Part shown: positions 19,250 to 30,961 of the stretch, piece after piece
Layout: each line of letters opens with the position of its first letter
Position numbering within the stretch: position 1 is the stretch's first letter
NCBI RefSeq assembly: GCF_033878955.1
Contig: NZ_CP138858.1
Span: forward strand, 2,556,803 to 2,620,802
Direction: 5' to 3'
Source: Coraliomargarita algicola
GTDB lineage: Bacteria; Verrucomicrobiota; Verrucomicrobiia; Opitutales; Coraliomargaritaceae
DNA length: 64,000 bases
Translations under genes and position numbers: made by a program
Notes under the pieces: generated by a model
Databases searched by the model: none
Told to the model about the DNA's origin: nothing
The model's input: the letters and a program-made list of their open reading frames with translations, nothing else

Positions 19250-20600
19250 AGTCCTACATTGGATGTTCGACGTTCCCTCCTTTTGCGTGGCCTCGGTTCT
19301 CAGAACCGGGGAGCGCGGGGAATGGGGAACGTCCAACGTCCAACATCGAACGTCCAATGTTGAATAATTTTTAATTCAATGGCGTGTGCAGTCAGTATTC
19401 CGTAGCGCTACATTCGACGTTCCCAATTCCGTAGCCTCGATCCTGCGGATCGGGGAGCGTCGTTTCGGCCTCGGTTACCGCAGCCAGTGCCACCGCTGCC
19501 AATGCGGAGATTGGCGATCCCGGGAGAAAGCCGTGCAGTCACCATTCCGTAGCCCTACATTCGATGTTCGATGTTGAGCGTTCGATGTTCGACGTTCAGT
19601 ATTCCGTAGCCTCGATCCTGCGGATCGGGGAGCGTCGTTCGGCCTCGGCTACCGCAGCCAATGCGGAGATTGGCGATCCCGGGTAAGCCGTGCAGCACCA
19701 TTCCGTGGCCCTACATTCGATGTTCGACGTTGAGCGTTGGATGTTCGATGTTCGACGTTGAGCGTTGGATGTTCGATGTTCCCAATTCCGTAGCCTCGAT
19801 CCTGCGGATCGGGGAGCGTCGTTTCGGCCTCGGTTACTGCAGCCAGTGCCACCGCTGCCAATGCGGAGATTGGCGATCCCGGGGGAAGCCGTGCAGTCAG
19901 TATTCCGTAGCCTCGATCCTTCGGATCGGGGAGCGTCGTTTCGGCCTCGGCTACCGCAGCCAGTGCCACCGCTGCCAATGCGGAGATTGGCGATCCCGGG
20001 GAAAGCCGTGCAATCAGTATTCCGTAGTCCTATATTCGATGTTCGACGTTGGGCGTTGGACGTTCGACGTTCAGTATTCCGTAGCCTCGATCCTTCGGAT
20101 CGGGGAGCGTCGTTTCGGCCTCGGCTACCGCAGCCAGTGCCACCGCGGCCAATGCGGAGATTGGCGATCCCGGGGAAAGCCGTGCAGTCAGTATTCCGTG
20201 GCCCTACATTCGATGTTCGACGTTGGGCGTTGGATGTTCGATGTTCCCAATTCCGTAGCCTCGATCCTGCGGATCGGGGAGCGTTGTTTCCGCCTCGGTT
20301 ACCGCAGCCCATGCCACCGCAGCCAATGCGGAGATTGGCGATCCCGGGGAAAGCCGTGCAGTCAGTATTCCGTGGCCCTACATTCGATGTTCGACGTTCC
20401 CTCCCTTTGTGTAGCCTCGATCCTTCGGATCGGGGAGCGTCGTCTCGGCCTCGGCTACCGCAACCAGTGCCACCGCTGCCAATGCGGAGATTGGCGATCC
20501 CGGGGGAAGCCGTGCAGTCAGTATTCCGCAGTCCTACATTCGATATTCGACGTTGAGCGTTGGATGTTCGACGTTCCCTCCCTCCTCTTTCCTTCCTTTC
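19250..20600. repeat. second array (~8 copies, variable 110-185-bp period) of the same repeat family in opposite orientation, interleaved with gttcga(c/t)gtt microsatellite spacers
   Basis: The unit ...ccgtagcctcgatcctgcggatcggggagcgtcg...gccaatgcggagattggcgatcccggg is the reverse complement of the 4311..4870 unit with a ~20-bp insertion. Long ORFs in the array, on either strand, are repeat artefacts. Confidence 0.85.
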
Positions 20601-21542
20601 CTAAGGACGAATGCAGCGACCTTCCACGGGGGCTTCTTTGACTTGGGAAATGATGATGAGTGAGGTGACGACGATCAGGGCTCCGATGATGAGGCCGGGG
20701 CGTAGGTTTTCGCCGGGGATGAAGAGGGTGGATTCGATCACGCCCATCAGAGGAATCAGGAAGCGAAAGGTGGAGAGCACATTGACACTGTAGAGCTCAA
20801 TTAGACGATTCCAGAGCGTGAATGCGGTGGCGGACAGGGCCGCGAGATAGAGCGTGACCAAGAGGGTGGTGAGATTGAAGTGGGCGATGTAGCTGGACCA
20901 GGCGCTGGCAGAAATGAGCAAGAGCATGAGTCCGCCCAGACTGAGTGAAAATGCGGTGGTGCAACGACTGCCGGCGACGGGGGCGACTTTTTTCAGGAAG
21001 GTTGCGGCCACGGCGCCGGAACCGGATGCGGCGAGAAAGGCGAGCGTGCCGAGACCGGCGTTTTTTAAGTCGGCGCCGGGCTGGTAAATCGCACAGGCGA
21101 TACCGATCGAACACACGCCCAGCAGTATCCAGTGAATGCGCTGAGGCGGAGCGGTCTTGAGTATCATCGGCGCGAGCAACATCCACCAGAAACTGCCCGA
21201 GCCCAGCAGGGCCCCGAGGGTGCCGGTTGAAATGCTGAGCCCGTAGTAAAAGAAGATGTATTGAAAGAATGTCTGCCCGAGCACCACCGCCATCAGTGGT
21301 CCACGTGGGGCTTGCTTGAGTTTTTCTATGATGGGGCCACGACAGAAGGGGAGCACCATCAGTCCTGCCAGTACGAAGCGACTGCCCGCGAAGACCAGTT
21401 GTTCGCCGTAGCCGGTGATTTGTAAGGCGGCATAGCTGTTCTTGATGACGGGGAATGCGCTGCCCCATAGGGTGGCACAAATCAAAACCTGTAGGTAGAA
21501 ACTGACTGGCAATTGAGTCAGTGGTGGCGCTTTAGCTGGCAT
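20601..21542 (-). CDS. EamA/DMT-superfamily transporter
   Basis: About 10 TM helices and a duplicated EamA-like architecture. Confidence 0.6.
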   Translation of the reverse strand: MPAKAPPLTQLPVSFYLQVLICATLWGSAFPVIKNSYAALQITGYGEQLVFAGSRFVLAGLMVLPFCRGPIIEKLKQAPRGPLMAVVLGQTFFQYIFFYYGLSISTGTLGALLGSGSFWWMLLAPMILKTAPPQRIHWILLGVCSIGIACAIYQPGADLKNAGLGTLAFLAASGSGAVAATFLKKVAPVAGSRCTTAFSLSLGGLMLLLISASAWSSYIAHFNLTTLLVTLYLAALSATAFTLWNRLIELYSVNVLSTFRFLIPLMGVIESTLFIPGENLRPGLIIGALIVVTSLIIISQVKEAPVEGRCIRP

Positions 21543-21563
21543 ATGCGATGGATTCGACGCGGT

Positions 21564-22235
21564 TTAAGCGAGGCGCTGGGCCAATTCTGTGAGATCGCGC
21601 AGCACGTAGTCGGGGCGCGCGGTGTTGGGATAGAGCGCGGTGCCGGGGCGTTGGATGAAGGCGGTCTGCAAGCCGACGTTTTTTGCGCCGGCGAGGTCCC
21701 ATGCGTGCGCGGCCACCATCAATACTTGCTCGGGTTCGAGCGCGAGGTCATCGAGCACCATGCGGTAGACGCCGCTGTGTGGCTTGTATTTGCGCACGCT
21801 CTCGACGCTGTAGCTGTTGTCCAATAGCGGCGCGATGCCGGCTTGCCGAAGTTGTGACTCGGCACCGGCGCTGGAGGAATTGGTCAAAGTGGCCAGCTTG
21901 TAGCCGTTTTGTTGCAGGGCTTCCATGGCTGCGATGACCTCTGGGTGCGGCGGAAGTGTGTTTAAGCTGGGGATGATGGCTGCTTCAGCGTCTTCGCGAC
22001 TCAGCTCAATCTGATGTGTTTGGGCAATCATCATGAGGGCGGCGGCACCGATTTCTCCGAAACTATGAAAGTCATTCGTCAGAGTTTCCACCAAAGAGTA
22101 GTGCAGCATGGTCGAAAACCAGAGCGGCAGTAGATTTTCACGACCGTTCAATGCACGGCTCACCGAGCTCCGCAGAGGGCTCAGGTCGAGTAAGGTCTCG
22201 TTCACGTCGAATAGGATGAGGATGGGCTTTACCAT
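21564..22235 (-). CDS. HAD-superfamily hydrolase (type II haloacid dehalogenase-like)
   Basis: N-terminal LILFDVNETLLDL matches the HAD motif I nucleophile region. Confidence 0.6.
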   Translation of the reverse strand: MVKPILILFDVNETLLDLSPLRSSVSRALNGRENLLPLWFSTMLHYSLVETLTNDFHSFGEIGAAALMMIAQTHQIELSREDAEAAIIPSLNTLPPHPEVIAAMEALQQNGYKLATLTNSSSAGAESQLRQAGIAPLLDNSYSVESVRKYKPHSGVYRMVLDDLALEPEQVLMVAAHAWDLAGAKNVGLQTAFIQRPGTALYPNTARPDYVLRDLTELAQRLA

Positions 22236-22337
22236 GGGTCTCTATATGCTGCTTTCAGTCGATGTTCAAGCTTGTGAGTGTTTCTCTGAATAGTCTTTCG
22301 CGGGGTGAAACTGCGGATGGAGGCAGCGAAAAAAAGC

Positions 22338-22372
22338 CCGGAACCTTGAACAGGTGCCGGGCTTTGAGAAAA
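22338..22372 (-). terminator. rho-independent terminator downstream of the EF-hand gene
   Basis: GC hairpin gcccggaacc...ggtgccgggc followed by a T7 run on the minus strand. Confidence 0.5.
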
Positions 22373-22406
22373 AATGGAGCTTCAGTGCGCGCTGTGCGCT
22401 CGCAGC

Positions 22407-22700
22407 TTATTCTTCGCCTTTTTTAGCCTTCTTTGGCTTTTTGCCAGAAGCATCAGTGAATTCTTCTAATGACAGTTCACCGTCTTGATCGGCGTCCAGC
22501 TTGTCGAATTTTTTGACGAGCGCTTTGCGTTTGGCGACCTCTTCTTTAGAGAGGCCATCGCTTTGGTCCACATCCATTTTGGCGAACGCCTCAGCTGGAG
22601 TTGGCTTCTTTTTACCCTCATCCGATTTAGCAGCTTGAGAGACTGATGGAACGATGCAAGCTGCGAAGATCGCGCTGAGGAGTAATGCTTTGAGTTTCAT
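22407..22700 (-). CDS. secreted EF-hand calcium-binding protein
   Basis: Signal peptide plus two EF-hand loops (DVDQSDGLSKEE and DADQDGELSLEE). Confidence 0.75.
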   Translation of the reverse strand: MKLKALLLSAIFAACIVPSVSQAAKSDEGKKKPTPAEAFAKMDVDQSDGLSKEEVAKRKALVKKFDKLDADQDGELSLEEFTDASGKKPKKAKKGEE

Positions 22701-22872
22701 TTATTGTATCCTGTGTGTAGGGTTTTAACAGAACTAGACTGTGTTCTGTTAATACTCCCATTTGACGATTTATGTGCGCTTTACAAGTGCAATTTATGCG
22801 CTGAGAATATTTTATAGATAAGCAGCAGTCGGGGTAATATGGATGCTGGCTCGCGCTTATTATTTTTGCCTG

Positions 22873-23928
<1,056 letters not shown>

Positions 23929-24314
23929 GTGTGAAGTTTGAAGTGTGAAGTTGAAAGTGTGAAGTGAGAAGCTAGCCGGGGGAAGTTTGAAATGACTGGA
24001 GCGTTCACGTCTCGTTTTGATTCATAATAGCCCCCTGCTTCGCTCTACGAGCGATGCAGGGCAAGCAATTGGACGTTCTCACGTCGTGTAAAATTCACGT
24101 TCCGTCTAAATTCACATTCATAAACGCATATTTACCGAATTAACAGTTCAACTCATTTTTAGGTTCATTCCCAACTTGCTCCACCAAACGGGGTGCCCCA
24201 CCTCCGAGTCAGCCAGCGACACGATCCTTATTGCTCCTATCAATTCCACTGCTGTTTTCCTCCATTCGCGGGCGCGCGCTTGCCAGTGGAGATTGATTTC
24301 GCAGCGTACACAGT

Positions 24315-24698
24315 ATGATTCAGCTACCGCAAGAAATCCTTAAAGCCTGGGAAGTCCGCGATCCTGTGGCCGTATTCACCACCGTAGACGCCGAGGGCGT
24401 GCCCAACACCATTTATGTCAGTATGTGCAAACTGCGCCCCGATGGACGCGTTTTGATCGGTGATGTCCACTTCGGCAAAACCTTGGACAATTTGAAACAA
24501 GGTCGCTCCCAAGTGTCCTTCCTCTTCTTTGCCAAAGACTATTCCGCGTATCAACTCAAAGGGCAGGTCCGCTACGCCAGCGAGGGCCCCCTCTTTGAAG
24601 AAGGTCAATGCCTCGCCAAGCCCGAGTTCAGTTTAAGAGGGGTCGTGGAGATCCAGATCACACAAGTCTACAAAGGCTCCGAAGAACTCAGCGCTTGA
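24315..24698 (+). CDS. pyridoxamine 5'-phosphate oxidase-like FMN-binding family protein
   Basis: Small split-barrel-like protein with overall resemblance to the PNPOx family. Confidence 0.45.
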   Translation: MIQLPQEILKAWEVRDPVAVFTTVDAEGVPNTIYVSMCKLRPDGRVLIGDVHFGKTLDNLKQGRSQVSFLFFAKDYSAYQLKGQVRYASEGPLFEEGQCLAKPEFSLRGVVEIQITQVYKGSEELSA

Positions 24699-24810
24699 AG
24701 TTTGATTCTTCCGAACATTGCATGTCTACTGTGGTCCGATCTCTCCAGAGCCTTTCCCTGACACCGAGAACCGTTATGTCTTTCAGGCTTTATCCACTAG
24801 ATATATCGCG

Positions 24811-25620
24811 ATGATGACAAGCTCAGTGGCCACTCTCGTTAAGCAACTCCAAGCCGCCGGCGAAGCTGCGGGCTTCCAAGTCACGCACTTCGGACAGGTC
24901 GGCCTGGAAAAGCAATGGCCCCTACTCGGCATGACGCGTGCGCCCATGGTCCCTGCACCGAATAGTCAGCACATATATCTCTCTGCCGGCATCCACGGCG
25001 ACGAGCCCGCCACTTCTCAGGCAATGCTCGAACTATTGCAAAGTAACGCCCTCCCCCACGCACATCACTACTACATTTGTCCTCTCTTAAATCCCGCGGG
25101 ACTGGCCAACGGCACCCGCGAAAACCCCGACGGCATCGACCTCAACCGCGACTACCGCGACTTCGTCTCGCAAGAAACCCGCCAACACGCAGCGTGGATA
25201 CAGGCCCACATCTCCCAGCTCGACTGTGCCATCCATCTACACGAAGACTGGGAAAGCCAAGGCTTCTACCTCTACGAAATCCAACTCCCCCGCCACAGCA
25301 GTCATCCCGAGACAGGCCGCCCACAACTCAGCCTCGCACAGCGCATCTTAGCCGCCACAGAAAAACACCTGCCCACCGAAACCGCGACCGAGATCGATGG
25401 CTACCCTGCTAAGGACGGAATCATACGCATCGAAGTCGAACTACAACTCGAAGAAGGCCAGCCCGAAGCGCTTTGCCTACAAGCAAGCTTCGGCGGCAGT
25501 AACTACACCCTCGAAACCCCGTCCGCCATGGAGTTCCGCAAGCGTGTCGACACGCTCAAAGCCGCCGTTTTGGCAGCCATCGAAACAGAGCATAATTCAA
25601 GCGTTTACTCGCCATTATGA
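24811..25620 (+). CDS. M14-family zinc carboxypeptidase / succinylglutamate desuccinylase-aspartoacylase family
   Basis: SAGIHGDEPA (HxxE zinc ligands) and LHEDWE. The start is inferred at MMTSSV (24811). Confidence 0.6.
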   Translation: MMTSSVATLVKQLQAAGEAAGFQVTHFGQVGLEKQWPLLGMTRAPMVPAPNSQHIYLSAGIHGDEPATSQAMLELLQSNALPHAHHYYICPLLNPAGLANGTRENPDGIDLNRDYRDFVSQETRQHAAWIQAHISQLDCAIHLHEDWESQGFYLYEIQLPRHSSHPETGRPQLSLAQRILAATEKHLPTETATEIDGYPAKDGIIRIEVELQLEEGQPEALCLQASFGGSNYTLETPSAMEFRKRVDTLKAAVLAAIETEHNSSVYSPL

Positions 25621-28600
25621 TTCACACTGATTCGACTCAGCAAAGAATCGATTGAACTGATCAAGGTATTCAGAACACGTAACGAAGACTCATCCAGACT
25701 GAAGGCGACTTCTTGCTTACTGGTTTCGCTTAGCTCGAGTATTTGCTCACGCTGTGGCACGACTGCTTCGCGGATGGCTTGGCTGAGCTCGCGACTCTGT
25801 CCATTGGACTGCTGCAAGTGCGCGCTGATGCCTTGCAATGCTGCTAACAACTGAGGCAAATTATCGGCACCGAACTGCTCGAAGTCTGATCGCTGGGCAC
25901 GCACACGCTCGGCAGATAACGCGCCTTGATCTTGAACGACTGTCGCGAGCTGCTGGATCGCCGCGCCGATACCATTCTGCGCATCCGCTCGCCCGGAGAC
26001 AAGCGCTTGTCCGATTCCATCCAGCCCCTCTTTGAAGTCGGACAATTGCGCCACCACACGATTGATGGGGTCGCCCTCGCTGCCACCTAATAGCTTTTTA
26101 CGATTGAAGCGCTTCTTAATCTCATCCCAACGTGCACGTTCCTGTTCGGAAAGCTTGCCTTCAATCTCCTTAAATTTGAGTAGATTCGCTTCCGCTCCGT
26201 CAGTCAGAGTTTGTGCCTCTCCCGTGTAGTGATCGACAATGAGTTGTTCCACCTCTTCGTCGGTCATGATCGGCAAAAGCTTTTCAGCGATCCGATTCAT
26301 ATTACGATAGGAACCCTGCAACTTAAAGGAAGGCTCGGTGCGATAATCATCTGCCTGCGCAGCCGAACGGACGTATTCCAAGTTCACGCGTAGAATCGTA
26401 TCGCGCACCCGCATCATCATCTTCATCACCGCGACCATGTCATTGATCTCCTCCATGGAATAAGAGGATTCAAAGGTGACACCTTCACGTTGTCCCGTCT
26501 CAGCAATTTGCATTACAGCATACACATCCTTACGATCCTTACCTGCAAGAATCCCTAAGGTCCGATTCGAAGTCAGTGAGTTCTCGATATACGAGGCCTC
26601 GAAGTATTGACTATTCTCACCAATGATATCTCCCAGGTTATAAGTGTCGGCACGATTCGCCAACATATCAGGAATCTGAAACTTCCCCCCCGCCTCGGTA
26701 TAAGGATTGCCCGCCATAACTACAGCGACTTTACGCCCGCGAAAATCATAGGTGCGCGACTTCCCTTTATACACACCTTCGATGCGGCGCGTGCCGTCGC
26801 AGAGCGAGATAAACTTCTGCAAGAACTCGGGATTGGTATGCTGAATATCGTCGAGATAGATGAGAACATTATCGCCCATTTCGAAGGCCAAATTAATTTT
26901 CTCAACTTCCTGACGCGCCGCAAGATTAGGACACTGCGCCGGATCAAGTGATGTCACCTCATGCCCGAGCGAGGGCCCATTCACTTTGACAAAGGTAATG
27001 CCCAGGCGATTCGCCACATACTCCATCAAAGTAGTCTTACCATAGCCCGGCGGCGAAATAAGCAAGAGCAAGCCCATGCGGTCGGTCCTGGTATCCTCAC
27101 CGGCACTACCGATTTGCTTCGCAAAATTATCACCGATCAACGGCAGGTAAACCTCATCCAACAAACGATTTCGAACAAAGGCACTCAACACCTGTGGCTT
27201 AAACTCATTCAATCGTAGCGAGGCCTCATTCTCAATCAACAAGGCCTTCTTGCGACGTTCATAACGAAGAAACAGCGCCTGGTCGCCCGACTCGAAACGC
27301 TGCATACGCTGCATCAGATCCAAATAATTAAAGTGATACAGCCCCCCGTCTTCAATGACCCGATGGTCCCCCTTCAGGCCCGCAAGCTCGTACTTGATCG
27401 GCACATTCAGAATCTTGCGCCGTTCGAGCCCGCCACGTAGCAAATGTGCCGCAGACTCGGGCAAGAAGGTGCGTAACTCAGGGTCGAGCGCATGCGTAAC
27501 CGCGTAGCCCTCCAACCAATCATAAATCACACGATACTCACTCAACACATCCGAGCTCACCGCTTGCACCGCCTCCTTAAATGCAGCGTCAAAGCGCTTG
27601 GACAACAATTCCCGCTGGAAACGATCGATCAAATCCGCCGCTTCTTTACTGCAATAAAGATCGGCATCCTGCACAATCTCGTAAAACAGATACGCTCCCG
27701 CGGCATGGCGATCAATCGACTCAAAGAAGGCCGTATCCTGAGCAAAAGCGCCGATCGCATCACTCAATTCCTCGATGTAATTTCGCTGGGTATGATGATT
27801 GGGAAAGACGCGCAACATTTGCCCAAAAGCGTCGATGCGTTCGCGCAAATGATTCGTCAGCGCTTGTCCTGCCTGGCTATGCCAAAAGACTAAAGCACAG
27901 GCACGCACCTCGGGACTATAACGTAACAGACCGATCTTAGAGTGCGTCTCAGCGAGTTGGTCCAGTATCACACGGGCATCAAAATCATGCACTCCTTTCG
28001 TGTAAGACTCCTGATAGCGAGGTGCCATAAATTCACGTATGGACTCTAGACGCTCCTCGTCTGTGAGCTGCAAATAATCCTCCGCGCCTTGCGATTCCAA
28101 ATACTTATACGCGAGGTCCTCCGCACGGTAGACATGATCATTCTCAGAGCAGCAATGCATCTTCCAGGCAGGCTTGGTCTCTAACAATTCCGGGTCTTCC
28201 ACCTTTTCATAAAACTGGGTACCTGAGAGGTGCGTATATAAATCGCCGTCGCGCAGCACCGACGTCAACTCCAAGGCCTGCGAGTTCACCGTGAAAGCGT
28301 GGCGCCCAAATTTAATTAAGTTTTCACCATCAACAAAGAGCTCTTGTTTATCTTTGAGCTGCCGCACCGCGTCGCCCTGAATGGTTTTCAAACGGGTCAA
28401 CAACTCGTCGCCCTTCATGCCTTCGCCCAGCGTTTTCAGCTCTTCAACTAAGTCCCGCACTTTATCAACCATTAAGTCCGATGCAAAATAGCCGTTGATA
28501 TCGTTAATTTCCTTCAGGGCTTTCGAACGATTTTCAATACCGTTGAGAATGCGCTGCGCCGATTGCACGAGCTTACTGACTCGACGATTGCGCACTTCCT

Positions 28601-30869
28601 GCAAGCTCGCCTTCTTAGATTCAAAAGTGTTATAGAGCTCGGAGCGCTTGTCAGACAGGATCTCGATAAACTCATCGAATTCTGCATACTTCCCCTCCAG
28701 CTCTTCCAACTGCACGACTGCCTTCGTCAAAAATTCATCACAACGCTCAGGCTCGTCAGCGATGTCCAAATAATTGGCCACCGATTGCTCCAACAACTTA
28801 ATCTGCGCTTGAAACTGTGCGGATCCTTCCTTGCGCATCAACTCCTGACGCGAGCGTTTCACTTCTGCCTTCAAACGATTCAGTTCGGTGAATAAATCCG
28901 AAATCGCATCGATAATGCGGGTCGTTTCGGTCGCATCCTCGATCTTCAAATTCGAGACCATTTCAATCAGCATCTCCAGCTGTGCCCCCGTAGCATCCAA
29001 CTCGGCTAGCAGCTCTTTAGCCATAGCTGCAGTTTTGATTTCAGGCATCGCAGCCTCTACCTCCTGAAGCTGCTGCTGATAAGGAACGAGCGCTTGCGCT
29101 TGCAGTAAAAATTCGACCGTCGCCTGCGCCAGTGAATCGATTTGCGTCGCCACACCTTGCTCAAGTTCATCGCAGAGTGTAAGGTCGACATATTTCAAGT
29201 CCCGCAATCCGATCACTTCGCCACGCAAACGCCGCAAGCTCGCCAAGTAATCGACAAACACACGGACATCATCAGGCTGTGCACCAGCCAATTCCGTAAA
29301 CAACTTACGCGCCTGTGTCTGAACAGCCCGAGTCTGTGTCAGCGTCGATTTGCGGATACGCTGCACTTTTTCAAACTCCGCAATCGCCGCCTGGCCAGTA
29401 TCCCGAATCTGCGACAAGGTCGCTTTCAAGTTAAAGGCATCCTCGGAGCCCAACCAGAAGTAACTATCGATGGTGGCCACACAGTCTTTGACTAAGTCGA
29501 GATACAGGCCCTCATATGCATCCTCCTTCTGCAATAAGTTGTAGATACTATGGCACTCGGCGATGCAGCGCACGATACTCGCATTGCCAATCTTAAACAG
29601 ATAGCTATCGCTATTGGCCTCCACCGAAACTTCCTCCGCAGCATAGGGCGTCTGCCAGATTTGTAAGGTATGATGCTTTTGTGGCTCGTCATGCGCCTTA
29701 AAATAAATCAAGGAACCATTCTCAAAGATACTATAGCCATGCGCTTCAATCGGACTCTCCACTTTCTGCGCAATTAGATTGTATGAAAGCAGCTGATACA
29801 GTCCCTCACTTTGCTGATAAAATACATACAGAAAGTCTTCGCCATTCGGTGCTTTTAAAACACGCTCAAATGTCATTTCGCCAGCGACATGACTAAAGCG
29901 TTTAAAGTCGCCATTGTGGAGATAATAGCCATCGGCAAAAATCACGCCGTGATCTTCTGGAAGCATCACACACGAATGCGCCACCGAATCGACACGCTTC
30001 ACCTCCTTCACCTTCTCATTATAAATAAAATAACGCGTCTGCTTCTCTTGATAAGGCTTGATTCGCAAAAAGATCAGACTGCCCACACTGGCATAGTGGA
30101 TGTCGGCATCATCGAGTGTCTGATCGGGATTGTCCACCGGCTCGGTGTAAATCCCTTCCCCGCTGTCCGTATTGTCCTCGATCTTAATGGTCAAATCGCC
30201 GCCGATGGTTTCCACGAACAAACGATCCTCGATCGATACATGCGGAAAAGTTCCGGTCCGGTGCAGATCACGATGCGCGCGCGTCCATTCAAACGAATGC
30301 TGGTCGGGGAACACATACTCTTGCTCGAAGCGATTCCCCAGATAGGTCAGCTGCTCTCCCTGAATTAACCATTTGAATACTTTAATATCCCGTAGGTCAT
30401 CGCTAATCTGAAACACCATCAACAGGTGCGGACCAACAATCATGAACTTCGCGAAGAAGGTGTTTTTGTAGTATTTGTAGAGATATTGAAAATCGGCCTG
30501 AAACTCGCTGGACTCGAGGGCATTCAGCGGCTCCTCGTGAAAGGAATGGTCGGAGACATCATAGCGAAATTTGGCGAACACATCCGTCACCTCCACCTGT
30601 GACTTCAGGCCCATGTGCACATTGTAGCCAAAAATGAAACGTCCGCCCGGCAGTGCGATCATTCCACGCGGAATACAGTTATTACTGGTCTGGATACGAT
30701 CCGTCGCCAGTAAATGAGTATCCACCGCACCGAACACAGTTTTACGCTCACCATCGAGCTGCTGCACGCGCTGCAGTAGCTCCGCACTTTGAGTCGTCAA
30801 GCGATTGCGTATGACCTCATAAGCGCCCCCCTCGAGTTTTTGCCCTGCCGCTGGATTTTGACTTTCCAT
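25605..30869 (-). CDS. giant (1754 aa) coiled-coil protein with a single AAA+ (AAA_5/MoxR-like) ATPase module
   Basis: Walker A SPPGYGKTTL, Walker B VLIYLDD and sensor-1 AVVMAGNPYTE, about 480 aa from the C-terminus. About 800 aa of coiled-coil-like sequence lie upstream. Shares an operon with flotillin and NfeD. Confidence 0.7.
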   Translation of the reverse strand: MESQNPAAGQKLEGGAYEVIRNRLTTQSAELLQRVQQLDGERKTVFGAVDTHLLATDRIQTSNNCIPRGMIALPGGRFIFGYNVHMGLKSQVEVTDVFAKFRYDVSDHSFHEEPLNALESSEFQADFQYLYKYYKNTFFAKFMIVGPHLLMVFQISDDLRDIKVFKWLIQGEQLTYLGNRFEQEYVFPDQHSFEWTRAHRDLHRTGTFPHVSIEDRLFVETIGGDLTIKIEDNTDSGEGIYTEPVDNPDQTLDDADIHYASVGSLIFLRIKPYQEKQTRYFIYNEKVKEVKRVDSVAHSCVMLPEDHGVIFADGYYLHNGDFKRFSHVAGEMTFERVLKAPNGEDFLYVFYQQSEGLYQLLSYNLIAQKVESPIEAHGYSIFENGSLIYFKAHDEPQKHHTLQIWQTPYAAEEVSVEANSDSYLFKIGNASIVRCIAECHSIYNLLQKEDAYEGLYLDLVKDCVATIDSYFWLGSEDAFNLKATLSQIRDTGQAAIAEFEKVQRIRKSTLTQTRAVQTQARKLFTELAGAQPDDVRVFVDYLASLRRLRGEVIGLRDLKYVDLTLCDELEQGVATQIDSLAQATVEFLLQAQALVPYQQQLQEVEAAMPEIKTAAMAKELLAELDATGAQLEMLIEMVSNLKIEDATETTRIIDAISDLFTELNRLKAEVKRSRQELMRKEGSAQFQAQIKLLEQSVANYLDIADEPERCDEFLTKAVVQLEELEGKYAEFDEFIEILSDKRSELYNTFESKKASLQEVRNRRVSKLVQSAQRILNGIENRSKALKEINDINGYFASDLMVDKVRDLVEELKTLGEGMKGDELLTRLKTIQGDAVRQLKDKQELFVDGENLIKFGRHAFTVNSQALELTSVLRDGDLYTHLSGTQFYEKVEDPELLETKPAWKMHCCSENDHVYRAEDLAYKYLESQGAEDYLQLTDEERLESIREFMAPRYQESYTKGVHDFDARVILDQLAETHSKIGLLRYSPEVRACALVFWHSQAGQALTNHLRERIDAFGQMLRVFPNHHTQRNYIEELSDAIGAFAQDTAFFESIDRHAAGAYLFYEIVQDADLYCSKEAADLIDRFQRELLSKRFDAAFKEAVQAVSSDVLSEYRVIYDWLEGYAVTHALDPELRTFLPESAAHLLRGGLERRKILNVPIKYELAGLKGDHRVIEDGGLYHFNYLDLMQRMQRFESGDQALFLRYERRKKALLIENEASLRLNEFKPQVLSAFVRNRLLDEVYLPLIGDNFAKQIGSAGEDTRTDRMGLLLLISPPGYGKTTLMEYVANRLGITFVKVNGPSLGHEVTSLDPAQCPNLAARQEVEKINLAFEMGDNVLIYLDDIQHTNPEFLQKFISLCDGTRRIEGVYKGKSRTYDFRGRKVAVVMAGNPYTEAGGKFQIPDMLANRADTYNLGDIIGENSQYFEASYIENSLTSNRTLGILAGKDRKDVYAVMQIAETGQREGVTFESSYSMEEINDMVAVMKMMMRVRDTILRVNLEYVRSAAQADDYRTEPSFKLQGSYRNMNRIAEKLLPIMTDEEVEQLIVDHYTGEAQTLTDGAEANLLKFKEIEGKLSEQERARWDEIKKRFNRKKLLGGSEGDPINRVVAQLSDFKEGLDGIGQALVSGRADAQNGIGAAIQQLATVVQDQGALSAERVRAQRSDFEQFGADNLPQLLAALQGISAHLQQSNGQSRELSQAIREAVVPQREQILELSETSKQEVAFSLDESSLRVLNTLISSIDSLLSRISVNHNGE

Positions 30870-30961
30870 AGTGGATCTACTAGCTGTTTTAAAGTTTTGC
30901 GGCGTCCGGCAGCGACACCAGTTTGGTATCGCTGCCCGCTACGCCTGGAGAATGCAAGCGA

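Noticed and set aside
20560-20640. Weak similarity of gaatgcagcgaccttcca (end of array B) to the tgcgtcgcttccagctatgca motif
   Set aside because: It gives only about 12 of 16 matches in one orientation, so it is within chance for this composition.
19596-20641. Long ORFs (326, 263 and 238 aa) on both strands inside array B, and the 110-152-aa ORFs in array A
   Set aside because: The translations are periodic copies of the same peptide, which is an artefact of an open frame running through tandem repeats.
20797-21480. 227-aa Arg-rich ORF in an alternative frame of the EamA transporter gene
   Set aside because: It is an out-of-frame artefact. The transporter frame shows a regular TM-helix pattern.
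23929-24010. gtgtgaagt / gtgaagtt short repeats upstream of ruvB
   Set aside because: It is only a few imperfect copies and could be a promoter-region low-complexity tract. There is not enough signal to call a feature.
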